A stretch of DNA of 64,000 nt from the NCBI RefSeq assembly GCF_009834535.1, contig NC_045697.1, forward strand, positions 38,690,001 through 38,754,000, given 5' to 3'. Below the pieces are notes generated by a model that worked only from the letters and a program-made list of their open reading frames with translations, searched no databases and was not told the origin of the DNA. Both the position numbers and the translations under genes were made by a program. How positions within the stretch are numbered: the first letter of the stretch is position 1; each line of letters opens with the position of its first letter. This DNA comes from Camelus ferus (lineage: Eukaryota). Positions 38,201-49,700 of the stretch are shown here, piece after piece.

Positions 38201-41200
38201 GACCTGCAGGCTCAGCCTAATTTTATAATTACCTTGCGACCCAGTCTGGGGTGTCATCTTGTTCCTGGGGAGGGGTATATGCCAGTAACTGGGTGATCAT
38301 TTCACTATCAGAACTTGTTGACAGACCAATACCATGACGCAGAAGCTATTTAGAAAGGAGAAAGGTTGTAATCATTAGAAAAGGAAGAAGCTTCACCTCA
38401 CCCCTTGCCCAATTGCCTGCCAGCACAGAAAGAGATCAGGCATTGTGCTCGGGTATCAAAATCCTGCATTCTACCAATGGAAGGTATGTGTATATAATAA
38501 TGGAGAACTGCTGCTGGAGGCAACGGGAAGTCTCTGAAGCTTCTCAAAAAGGAACAAAAAAGTGCTTTAGGAGGTATGTAGGACAGCTTTTGAAAACTAA
38601 GTTTGAAGGAATGTAGACCTGCAATGGGTGGGTGGTTGAGGTGGGGCGGAGAAGGCATGAGGATTTGGGATTGCCGTTCTAACTTTTTCAGCCCTGGACA
38701 CTCCTGACGAACAGGAAACATTCCCATAAGAGTGGCACACTGCAGTGGGGGACTCTCAACCTAGATTTGATGGTTGTAGTAATGGTGGCTACCCATCCTC
38801 ACTGATTGTCCCTGGCAGAATAGAAGGAATCGACTGTACTAAGCAATTAAGTGTAGAAGATGTACTAAAACTTGGTTGAGTGCACTATGATTACGAGGTT
38901 CTGAGCAAGACTGACTTGGACAAGGGCATCACCACTAACACGCACAGGCTGAGTTTAACACTACAGAGCATTTTCAGTAGCAGCAAAATGTGTAGACGTA
39001 AAGTCTAGCATCTGGGTAAGGGGTTCAGTTTAGAAATAATGAGCTACGTATTGTCTGGAATTGAACTTTTAGTGGTTAACTCTGAGCAGTGAGTTTTATG
39101 AGTAATTTTTACTTCATATTTATACTTTTTTGATTGAAAAAATTTTTAATTTTTCATTTGGGAGCAAAAAAACTCCCAAATGAAACTTATTATTGTCATT
39201 ATAATAATCCCAGCATCTAAGAAGAGAGCAGGACAACGCTCTGGGAAATAATTAAATCAATTTTCCAAATATCTAATCCAAAACAGTGCATTAGAATTAC
39301 CTTAGGAGCATATTAAAATGCAGACTCAGCAATCTCCCACCCCAGACTCTGGGGTGATACCTTAGAATTTGTAATTATAAGAAGAAGTCCATGTAATTCT
39401 GATACAGTTGGGGGTTTTTTGGAGGGGAGGAGGTTGGGGGAGGACTTAATTAGGTTTATTTATTTATTTTTAATGGGGATTGAACCCAGGACCTCATGCA
39501 TGCTAAGCACATGCTCTACCACTGAGCTATACCCTACCCCCCAATACAGTTGTTCTCTGCAGTTAGGTAACAGGATAATGTCCTTTACCAAGTTCCTCAG
39601 TAACTTCTTTTCATTAATTTATCACAATAATAAAAAAAGCATTAAAAAAAAAAAAACTTACCTTTTTCCTTAAGCGAGCAGCATTTACCAATTCGCCATT
39701 ATGTGCCACAGCTATTTTCCCATGAAGTGTTTCAACGACAAAAGGCTGGCAATTTTCTAATTCACAGTTTCCTGTAGTGGCGTACCTCGTGTGTCCAATT
39801 CCAAGATTTGAAGTATATAATTTCTTCAAATTGTCCTCAGTAAAGACGTGATTTACAAGACCCATTCCCTTGCAAATTCAAAGCAAGAGCTCATCTTATG
39901 AAAAAAAACCACTAGTAACACTTTTATAAGCCTCTGCTCAATCTCAAATTAGAAAATGCAGTTGACTTAATTTTTCTGTGCTTCAGAATTCTAATCTTAA
40001 AAAAAAAGAGACTAGTGCTAATTGTGAGAACTGTGAAGCACTAAAAAAATAATTCTAGGTGAAACTCACATGACATAAAATTAACCATTTTTAAGTGAAT
40101 GATTTGGTAGCATTTAATGTATTCACAACAATGAAGTGCTTGTTTTATAAGACACTTTTTAATGAAACATTGAGGAACAGATGTACTAAGTGATAAAATT
40201 TGTCATATACAATAAACTAAATTATTTGCAATTTTAAATTCAAAGCATGTTAAAGTATTCAAATAAATGACCTATTTGAGTCAGTCTAGCAAACTATCAC
40301 TGGGACAGAAATGCATCCTAGTTTGACAAATAGAAACAGCTGATCCAAAGAGTATTACAGTTGACCCTTGAACAACATGGGCTTGAACTGGGCAAGTCCA
40401 CATATTCATGGATTTTTTTCAATAAATGTATCAGAAGAATTTTTGGGCAGATTTGCGACAATTTAAAAAAACTGGCAGACGAACCGTGTAGCCTAGAGTA
40501 ACCGAAAAAATTAAGAAAAAATTAGGAGTGTCATGAATGTATAAAATATGTGTAGATGCTATTCTATTTAATCATTTACTACCATAAAATATACACAAAC
40601 CTACTATAAAATGTAGTGAGTTAATCAAAACTTACGCACACAAACACTTACAGACTGTAAATAGCACTATCTGTAGTTGTGAGAAGTGTAAACAAACATT
40701 AAAGTGGAATATTAAATCTTAACTGCCTAAAATGAACTGTATTGCATACAGCACTACTGTAATAATTTCGTTGCCACCTCCTGTTAATATTGGGGTGAGC
40801 TCAAGTGTTACAAGTATCCACTTAAAACACCATGTGACACCAATTATCTCCAAGTGAGCAGTTCACCTCTCCATTAAATTGGTTATCACAGTAAAAAGTC
40901 ACCTCTCCCAGTTCCTGTGTATTTTTCATAGTGTTTAGCATCAATACCGTACACCTTGAGTAACATCATGGGACCCATATAAAGTGCTGTTAGTGATTCT
41001 GGAAATGATCCCAAGAAACAGAGAAAAGTCATGCCGTTATAAGAAAAAGCTGAATTGCTTGATGCGTACTGTAGATTGAGGTCTGCAGCTGTGGTTGGCT
41101 ACCATTTCAAGATAAATAAATCCAGCATAAGGACCATTGTAAAGCAAAAGAAAATACATGAAGCCGTTGCTGTGCCTACATCAACAGGCACAAAAACCTT

Positions 41201-43677
41201 ACATTTTTTGCAAAATACCTTTTTATCTCATATCAAAAATGCTGCTTTTATGTGAGTGCTGGATTGCTATAAGAAACGTATACATATCTATTGACTGTAA
41301 TATGATTCAAGAAAAAGTGAAGTCATTATATGACAACTAAATGCAAAAGGACAGTGAAGGATCTACAGCTGGAGAATTTAATGCCAGCAAAGGATGGTTT
41401 GATACTTTTAGGAAGGTATTTGGCTTAAAACAATGTCAAGATAACAGGGGAAGCAACTTCTGCTGACCAAGGCAGCGGACAAGTTCCCAGACACCATTAA
41501 GAAAATCATTGAGGAGAAAGGATATCTGACTGAACAGGTTTTTAACTTAGACAAAAGTGCCCTATTCTGGAGCGGAGGGGGAAGCCACAAAGGACATTTA
41601 CTAATAAGGAAGTGAAGCAAGCACCAGGATTTAAGGCAGGAATAGATAGGCTAACTCTCTGTTTTGCACAAACGCCATGGGCTTTATGATCAGGACTGCC
41701 CTCATCTATAAAGCTGCTAACCCCGAGCCTTGAAGGGAAAAGACAAATACCAGCTGCCAGTCTTTCGTTTGTACTAGAAAGCCTGGACAATGAGAACCCC
41801 TTTACTGGATTGGTTCCATCATCGCTTTGTCCCTGAAGTCAGGAAGTACCTCGCCAGTAAAGGACTGCCTTTTAAAGTTCTTTTGATATTGGACAATACC
41901 CTGGCACCCAGAACCCTATAAGTTCAACACTGAAGGCGTGAATAGTGGGCCTACGTGCCCCCAAACACAACATCTCTAATTTAGCCTCCAGATCAGGGGG
42001 TCTTAAGTATCTTTAAGGCTCATTATACATGGTACTCTATGGAAAGACTGTCAATGCTACAGAAAGGAATTCTGATAGAACATCATGAAAGTCTGGAAGG
42101 ACTACACCACTGAAGGTGCCTTCGTTGTTATAGAAAAAGCTGTAAGAGCCATCAAGCCTGAAACTATAAATTCCTGCTGGAGAAAACTGTGACCAGATGT
42201 TGTGCAGATTTATGACAGAACCTATCAAGGAAACCACGAAAGAGATTCTGGATATGGGGGGAAAAAGGAAAAAAAAAAAGGAAAAAAAAAGAAAAAAAAA
42301 GGTGGGGAAGGGTCAAAGGCACCTTGGAGAAATTCAAGAGCTAAATTCTTTAGAGGAATTAACAGAACATGACGTGAGGGAGATGAAAGCTTCTGAATCA
42401 GCGCTAGATGATAAGGAAGAGGATGTAGAAGCAGCAGTACCAGAAAACAAACTGACGCTGGACAGTCTGGCAGAAGGGTTCTGATTATACAAGACTGCTT
42501 TTGACTTCTTTCACAACATGGGCTCTTCTATGAAATGGGCACTGAAACTGAAGCAAACAGTGGAAGAAGGACTGGTACTTCACAAACATTTTTAGAGAAA
42601 TGAGAAAGCAAAAGTCAAGACAGAAATCAGAATGTATTTCCATCAAGCTACACCCAGTGTGCTCGCCTTGCCTGCCTCCCCCTCCCCACCCAGACAGCAA
42701 GATCCACCCCTCCTCTTCCTCAGCCTACTCAATGTGAACGAAGGCTACTAGGATGAAGACCTTTATGATGACCCACTTCCACTTAATGAACAGTAAGTCA
42801 TCATCATGTCGTTAATAAACTTTGCTGTGTATGTGTGTGTGTCCCCATGTGAAAACCAAGTACCTGTACAATGTTTCTATGCCACCATCATCAATGCCTA
42901 AGTAGTCATCCTGTAGAACATCATGTGCAAGTCTGCTATCAAAGTGGACAGTCCATCCTTATACAGGCATAAAGTGAGTGATATTTTATAACAATTCATT
43001 CATTATTGTAGAGGCTACCATAAAGCAGTCATATTGCTGCTTCTTCGTTATCAACGCATGAATCATTATACCTGTGAATATGAATTGCTTTTTCACATTG
43101 TCTTTTCATTTTTGATGTCACGTGTTAGTAGCACACATAACATCTACACTGTTTTGTATCATGTAAGACTACATTAACGTAGGTACTGTAGGTACCGACA
43201 GATTCACATGCATCTTGTAAAAAAGACAATGGAAGCTTACTGTCTGGATTAAATACAGTACTGTGCTGTAAATGTAATTTCTCTTTATGATTTTAATAGT
43301 TTCTTTTCTCTAGCTTACTTTACTGTAAGAATATAGTATAATAAATACGACACACAAAATATGTGTTAATCAACTGTTTATGTATAGGTAAGGCTTTCTG
43401 TCAACAGTAGGCAATTAAGTTTTGGGGGAGTCAAAAGATATATGCGGATTTTCGAAGGTCAGTAGCCGTAACTCTTGTTGTTCAAGGGTCAACCATACTT
43501 CTAAATACAAATTATTCTTTATTCAAATTTCCTTCCCCAGCCCCCATATACTAGTGATCTTCTGGCTATTGTTATCTTTATAACCAATATTTTGTAATGT
43601 TTAAATATACCTTGTGTGTTTTGAATGTTGGCATCCAATTCCCATCACTGGTCACAATACCAGCACTCTCCTGACCC
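32032..43677 (-). CDS. PPAT: PPAT amidophosphoribosyltransferase, exons 2-11 (exon 1 off-window to the right)
   Basis: Exons of 67+207+113+146+73+152+128+222+121+266 nt join in frame; [19 protein letters not shown] motif [10 protein letters not shown], Fe-S cysteines, C-terminus YPVELEW. Confidence 0.98.
32074..32211. repeat. 2 x 69-bp coding tandem duplication
   Basis: 32074-32142 vs 32143-32211, 5 mismatches by eye. Confidence 0.95.
33370..33490 (-). CDS. PPAT: PPAT exon 10 ([22 protein letters not shown]...)
   Basis: 121 nt, AG/GT boundaries. Confidence 0.94.
34057..34178 (-). mobile_element. tRNA-Ala-derived camelid SINE
   Basis: Reverse complement of the SINE head seen at 8066. Confidence 0.88.
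34975..35196 (-). CDS. PPAT: PPAT exon 9 ([20 protein letters not shown]...[10 protein letters not shown]...GAKE)
   Basis: 222 nt; PRPP-binding motif. Confidence 0.96.
36140..36267 (-). CDS. PPAT: PPAT exon 8 ([43 protein letters not shown])
   Basis: 128 nt, AG/GT boundaries. Confidence 0.94.
36694..36845 (-). CDS. PPAT: PPAT exon 7 ([13 protein letters not shown]...[16 protein letters not shown])
   Basis: 152 nt; conserved [13 protein letters not shown]. Confidence 0.95.
37367..37439 (-). CDS. PPAT: PPAT exon 6 ([25 protein letters not shown])
   Basis: 73 nt, AG/GT boundaries. Confidence 0.92.
37984..38129 (-). CDS. PPAT: PPAT exon 5 ([14 protein letters not shown]...[12 protein letters not shown])
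   Basis: 146 nt; RDPxGxRPL motif. Confidence 0.95.
38233..38345 (-). CDS. PPAT: PPAT exon 4 ([26 protein letters not shown]...)
   Basis: 113 nt; SDSE motif. Confidence 0.94.
39411..39543 (-). mobile_element. tRNA-Ala-derived camelid SINE with TSD atacagttg
   Basis: TSD at 39402-39410 and 39544-39552. Confidence 0.88.
39662..39868 (-). CDS. PPAT: PPAT exon 3 (GMGLVNHVF...GHTRYATTG...[15 protein letters not shown])
   Basis: 207 nt; glutamine amidotransferase motifs. Confidence 0.96.
40358..43495 (+). mobile_element. Near full-length Tigger2-family (pogo) DNA transposon with decayed transposase
   Basis: TIRs cagttgacccttgaacaac / gttgttcaagggtcaacca flanked by TA; remnants [34 protein letters not shown] broken by stops and frameshifts. 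Confidence 0.9.
43611..43677 (-). CDS. PPAT: PPAT exon 2 ([22 protein letters not shown])
   Basis: 67 nt; RGQESAGI motif. Confidence 0.94.
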
Positions 43678-43915
43678 CTGTGAATATAAAAAGGTACCAA
43701 CTATTAAATTTACCCCACTGATAGCTTCTTAATGAATTTTGTGAAACATACTTTTCTCGACAGCATCCATGAACTGAGTCTGACAACTCTTAAATGCCAC
43801 TACTACTAGTGTCACTTCTATGCATGATGTTATAATGACAAGATTAGCAAAAGCAGCAGATGAGACTGAGTTCTAAAATACCAGGCACTGTCCTAAGCAT
43901 TTACGGGAATGATCT

Positions 43916-44551
43916 TGAGACAGGAAGGAAGGGGGCAGGGCACAGCCACTCAAGGAATGACAATTAACATCAAAATGGTGGAAGATCAACCCCCAGGAGG
44001 CCTTGAGGCTCAAGATGGTGGGAGATTTGACTTCTAGTAGACCTTGAGCTTCATTACGTGCCCATTGTAATATGAATAACATGCCCACAGGCGCCATGAC
44101 AATTCCAAGACTAAACATAAAAGGTCAAAGAGTGGGCAATGGCCAACTTCCTGGGAATCCCAGCCCCTTCCCCAAGGTAGTCCTCCCACTTGTTAGCATA
44201 TGAAGCTACTGAGCCCATAAAAACTGGTAACACAGCACCTCGTGGCCACTTCTGGCTCCCTCCTCTTTGGAGACGGCCACCCCGTCTATGGAGTGTGTAA
44301 CTACTTTTACTCTAATCTAAGCACCCAACCCCCACACCTCATAGCTTTTCTCTTGCCTTTTGAAACAGCCTACACTTTATGCAGTATGCATCTCTCTAAA
44401 TAAATCTACCTTTACTCAACTGGTTCACTCTTGAATTCTTTCCTGTGTGAAGCTAAGGACCCACACCTGGCAGGGCACGTCCCAGGGACTCAAAAAACTG
44501 AGACCTGGGACACAGCCCTCCTCATGCCCCACATCCATTTTTCCTGCATCA
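43916..44551 (+). mobile_element. ERV1-class solo LTR with 4-bp TSD (atct), inserted into a MIR
   Basis: TG...CA termini, atct at 43912-43915 and 44552-44555, TATA-like cataaaaa ~44216, aataaa ~44399. Confidence 0.82.
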
Positions 44552-45524
44552 ATCTAATCTATTATTCCTTCAAAACAATCCTATGAAGCAGGTTCTGTGA
44601 TTACCATTCACATTTTATAGACAGGGACAACACTAAAGAAATGGAAGTAACTTGTCCAGTGTCACACAGAGAATGATCGGAGAACAGTGACATGGCCAGG
44701 ATTTCAATACAGACAATCTGACTTCAGAACCTGGGCTTCTAACCTCTGTAGTTATGTGACCTATAAATAAGGTTGAGTATGTAGATCTAAATGAAAATCT
44801 CTAAATAAAATAGGTAAAATGCTTAGTTGTGGGAAACATTATTATGAACAAAATTTATTCTTTAGTTTTCTTGTTTTGCTTTTTGCACTCTCCAAATTTT
44901 CTCTTACAAATATTTATCACTATTTTTTATCATAAAATAATAAATGCTGCTTCAAAAAAAACCCGAAGCTGATCAGGAACTCTGGATCTAATTTGCTACA
45001 TTAGTATTTTTAGATGATACAGATAAAAAAGCCAGAAGCTAGGCTTCCAGCTAGGTAGGGCAGGGTAACTAGCTTCTAGCTAGGTTGGGCAACACGTTGG
45101 TAAAACCTAGATCTGCACCACTCAATACACTCAAAAGATAAAAATAAAGGTATTAATTGCTCAACAATTTTTAATGTTTCTGAACAAGTGCTATAAATAC
45201 TAGATGTTTATTAACACATTTTGTTTCAAAGAATATATATCAGGGTAGAAATAAAAAGTAAACCTCTATCATATATGTATTTATACATCAAAATTTATAC
45301 ATATATTTATTTGGTAAAACAATCTTTTCCAAAATTATATTAAGGCATTTTAATAACATGAAAAACTACATTAATGTACTTGCATAGTAAAAATCTAAAA
45401 AATTTAAATTGAAGTGATTTTATTAAATTATCAATGTGTCAAATACTATGACCTATTATGCTGACCAGATACGTATAATAATATACACCCTGAATAATTT
45501 GTGATTTAGGACTTCTTTTTCTTT

Positions 45525-45868
45525 TTTTAAATTGAAATATAGTCAATTTACAATGCTGTGTTAGTCTCTGGTGTACAGCATGGTGATTCAGTTATACACA
45601 CACATATATATATTCTTTTTCATTATAGGTTACTACAAGATAGTGAATATACTTCCCTGTGCTATACAATAGGACCTTGTTGTTTTTTATCCATTTTATA
45701 TATAGTAGTTAGTATCTGCAAATTCCAAACTCCTAATTTATCCCTCCCCTCCTCCTTTTCCCCCTGGTAACCATAAGTTTGTTTTCTATGTCTGTGAGTC
45801 TTTTTCTGTTCTGTAAATAAGTTCATTTGTGTCTTTTTTTTTATTCCACATATAAGTGATAACATAAG
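45525..45868 (-). mobile_element. L1 3' end (artiodactyl type)
   Basis: T-rich tail followed by tctggtgtacagcatggtgattcagttatac...ttccacatataagtgata. Confidence 0.82.
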
Positions 45869-46326
45869 GATTTATTTAATGAACTGATGTGGTCTTTGGT
45901 TAACCAACATTAAAAGACTAAGTGATTCATATCAGAGGGAAAAAAAATAACATTAGCCATAAACTTTAGGGCAGAAAGAACCTCTGCTCATCATTTCCAT
46001 AACAACTTAAAAAAATCATATAGTAAACTAGAGTGAATTATATAAGAAAAGACATAAACCAATAAAGGTTTTCTTTCCCTTTTGTGTCAAGGGTAATTTT
46101 TCCTTGAAGCTGAAATGAATAACAACAGGAATCATTTTGGTCCAGGCTTCTTTAATCACAAAGCCTGCTTATTTGGCAGTTTCTCAAGTTACTCCCCTCA
46201 GGCAGCTTGAACCAGTTAAACTAGATCCTTTCAGCTCTTCAGAGCTTATTGACAACCAGCCGTCTGGTTTCCTAGGAAACAAAACCTTGGCTAGAAATAG
46301 TGAATCATTTCCAGGTCACTTTCAAC

Positions 46327-46708
46327 ATGGAGAGTGGAGCAGGAAAGCACTGGACTGAGGAAGAGGTTAAAGCTCTGCTAAGTGTCTGGGCAGAAAAAAA
46401 TGTACGAAAACAACTTTATGGAACACTGAGAAATAAAGGAATATTTCTTTATATCGCTAAAAGGCTGCAAGCTCTAGGAGTACACAGGGACTGGAAACAG
46501 TGCCGGGCAAAGTACAAAAATCTTAAATATGAATACAGAACTGTTAAATACGCCCACAACTCTGGAGACAGCTCTAAAACTATGAAGTTCTTCCACGATT
46601 TGGATGCGATCCTGCAGTATGAACCTGCCACACAATTAACAGAGGAAGATGCAAATAGCAGGTGCCTGGCAACGCTGAGCCAAAGTCCAGCCCCAGAGAC
46701 CATTGAAG
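46327..46708 (+). CDS. Nested gene coding exon 1 (Myb/SANT-like domain 1)
   Basis: Strong Kozak context caacATGG; donor GAAG|GTAAAA, phase 1. Confidence 0.88.
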
Positions 46709-49700
46709 GTAAAAAGAAAAAGTACCATTCTTTTGTTTTTACCTAACAAACTGTAAGAGAACCAGACTTCTGAGTCCATATGATAAATATAGCCTGAAAT
46801 ATCAAGGTTGAGAAAAACAACCGACCTTTATGTATATGCTATTTTGCACAAGGTAAAAATTAATTTTAAAAAGTTTAAATACCACCATTTAAAAAATCTG
46901 TAAAATACAGGAAAAACACATTAAAATGCCACTAATTGCTACTGCCAACTGCTCCTTACCCATGTCTGATATGGTTTTTGGAAAATGGATTGGGTTCTGA
47001 AAACAACTTAAGTTTTAATTTTATAAGAGTGGTGAAAAAAAAAATATTGCTCAACTGTTGTTTTCCCACAGCTCCAAACAAGACAACTTTCTGCTCTATG
47101 GTTTTTTGCTTTGTTTTAATATTTCCTGTCTTTTATTTATTTATTTTTTTGAGGAAGGAGGAGGTAATTAGATCGATCGATCGATTGATTGATTTTAATG
47201 AAGGCACTGAGGATTGAACCCAGGACCTCGTGCATGCTAGGCATGGGCTCTGCCACTGAGCTATATCCTCCCCTCTCTGCTCTATGTTAATGTTCCCATT
47301 TTCCTAAATGTATAAATAAAAGCACTAAGATACTAATAACTGATAGAGAACTTCATTACTTCTTTGGAAGAACAGCTCAATTTTAACAGGAAGTAAAACA
47401 AATAGATTTGACAGATTAAATGATTTATGATTAAATGATTTAAAAACAGGCATACCTCAGGGTACTGCAGGTTTGGTGCTAGACCTCTGCAATAAAGCAA
47501 ATACTGCAATAAAGCAAATTTTTTGGTTTCCCAGTGCATTTAAATGTTTACACCATACTGTAGTCTATTAAGTATGCAACAGCATTATGCCTGAAAAACG
47601 TACATACCTTAATTTAAAAATACGTCATTGCTAGACAAATGCTAACTATCGTCTGAGCCTTCAGGGAGTTGCAGTAGTAACATCAAAGATCACTGACCAC
47701 AGATCAGCATAATACAATTAAATGGTTTGAAATATCACGAATTACCAAAATGTGACACAGAGACCCAAAGTGAGCAAATGCTGTTAGAAAAATGGCGCTG
47801 ATAGGCTTGCTTGACACAGGGATGCCACAAACCTTTAATTTGTGAAAAACAAAAACAAAAACTCCCCCGCAATACCTGCAAAGGGCAATGAAAGGAGGTA
47901 TGCCTTATTAAAACAAGGTTCCTGACCTGCTGTGTTGTGAAGATTCTACTATTCTACTATTTATGTAGAATTTGCTCAGTGCCTATGGAAGCCGAATGCA
48001 TCACTAGGCAAGGTGGGGAAATCAATGGCAGTAATGACATTCCTCCCATAGCCAAAATCTCACAGTTGCTTTTTTTTTTTGCGTTAAACCATCTTTAATG
48101 CTTGTATCACATATTCAAAAATAAAACTAAATTAGGGTCTTATGTGTTCAGTATTTTACATTCAATTATGGTTTGTTTTCTTTCTTTTTTTTAAAAAAAC
48201 AACTTATGGTATAATTTCTGTATGGTAATCACAGTTGCTATTTTTAAGAGCAGAGTTGTTCAGTTCAAAATCTGTAATACCTACTGTCTGTGTACACCAT
48301 GTGCAAAGCCCTAAGTTACATGCGCTCATCAATGTAACTCAGCAAGGAGGGAACTGTAGATAAATGTAACCCAAGACAAAGTGGTAAAATCAAGGTACCA
48401 AATGAGAAGGGGGTTAAAAGTGACAGGGATTACAGAGAACCTGGGTTATCTGAACTTCCTGTTTAAAACTCAATAATAAATTCTTTGGTAAAAAATATAC
48501 CCCACTTACATACTCCCTTTACACTTCTGATACTACACCAAATTCTGAGAAAGCTTTGCAGTCATTATCAAATTAAACAGTAACTACATTATTTTATTCA
48601 ATTAATCACCCTGCACTCCTCATCTAAAATGCTTTAAATATTGAGTAACACTAAGTAAATCACTCAGCTTGGGAGAAGCCCTCATTTTATGGTACAATGA
48701 AGCTTGGTGTAATGAAGATGCGGTGCTAGTATCTCCACTTCCAAACGGGATCTTCTAGCCCTTTCAGCTACTCCCATGGCTCCAAACTCCCCAATTTACT
48801 CGTGAACAGAGGGCCCATAATTATAAACTAACCGTGTATATTTAAGGCATCTCAAACCCCAGGTCTAAAACCAAACTCTCTTACCCCATCAAAATTGATC
48901 CTCCTACAAAATGCTTCCACCTTACAATCACTGTATTTCCCCTCAGTTAAAAAATAGAAATGTTTAAGATATCCTTGACTTTTGGTCAACCATGAAATCC
49001 TTAAAAAAAAAAAAAATCTACTGACATATTTAATAAATTTATCTCTCTGCTCCATTCTCATTACCACCATCCAAAACTTCATCATCTATTACATGGAATA
49101 TTAAGATAACTTCTTACCTCTTCCCACATATCCTTTACAATGCTACTGGTTGTTGTTTATAAAATTTTTTAAATTATAAAATTACAAAAACATTAGCATT
49201 TTGTCATATTAAAAATAATCTTTAAATTATACCCAGAATTAATCATAATCTAGGATTAATAGTTACTTAATGGTTCCATTGTATTTGAGTGCATGTACAA
49301 GAGTTTAGGTCTTTGCCCCCTCATAGAAATGACACTACAATATCTTCTGAGCATATTTAACATTATTACTTTAGGATAGACTATCAAGTTAAATTTCTGG
49401 TCAAGAGGGGTATGATTACTTTGAAACATATTGCTAAAATAATTGCTTTAAAAAAACTATATTAACAGTGTCCCTTTTACAGAACCCTGTAATACAATAT
49501 TATGGGGTGAAGTTGAAGGGAGGAGACACTTCGCTAATTTAATAAATAGTGGAGTATGCTAATTTAATAAGTACAAGCTATGTATAGTGGTATATGCAAT
49601 CAATAACTTTTTACTTTGCATCTGTTTAATTATTAGTGCTGTGGAACATTTTTCTACGTATTTAATCAGTTTTATGAATTGACTGTTCATGTCAGCGGAG

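Noticed and set aside
41055..42484. Domesticated TIGD-like transposase gene
   Set aside because: Multiple stops and frameshifts, and the TIRs are retained, so it is a decayed transposon.
45040..45095. Short imperfect repeat (gcttc.agctaggt.gggca) as a promoter element
   Set aside because: Only two short copies; any motif assignment would be speculative without TSS data.
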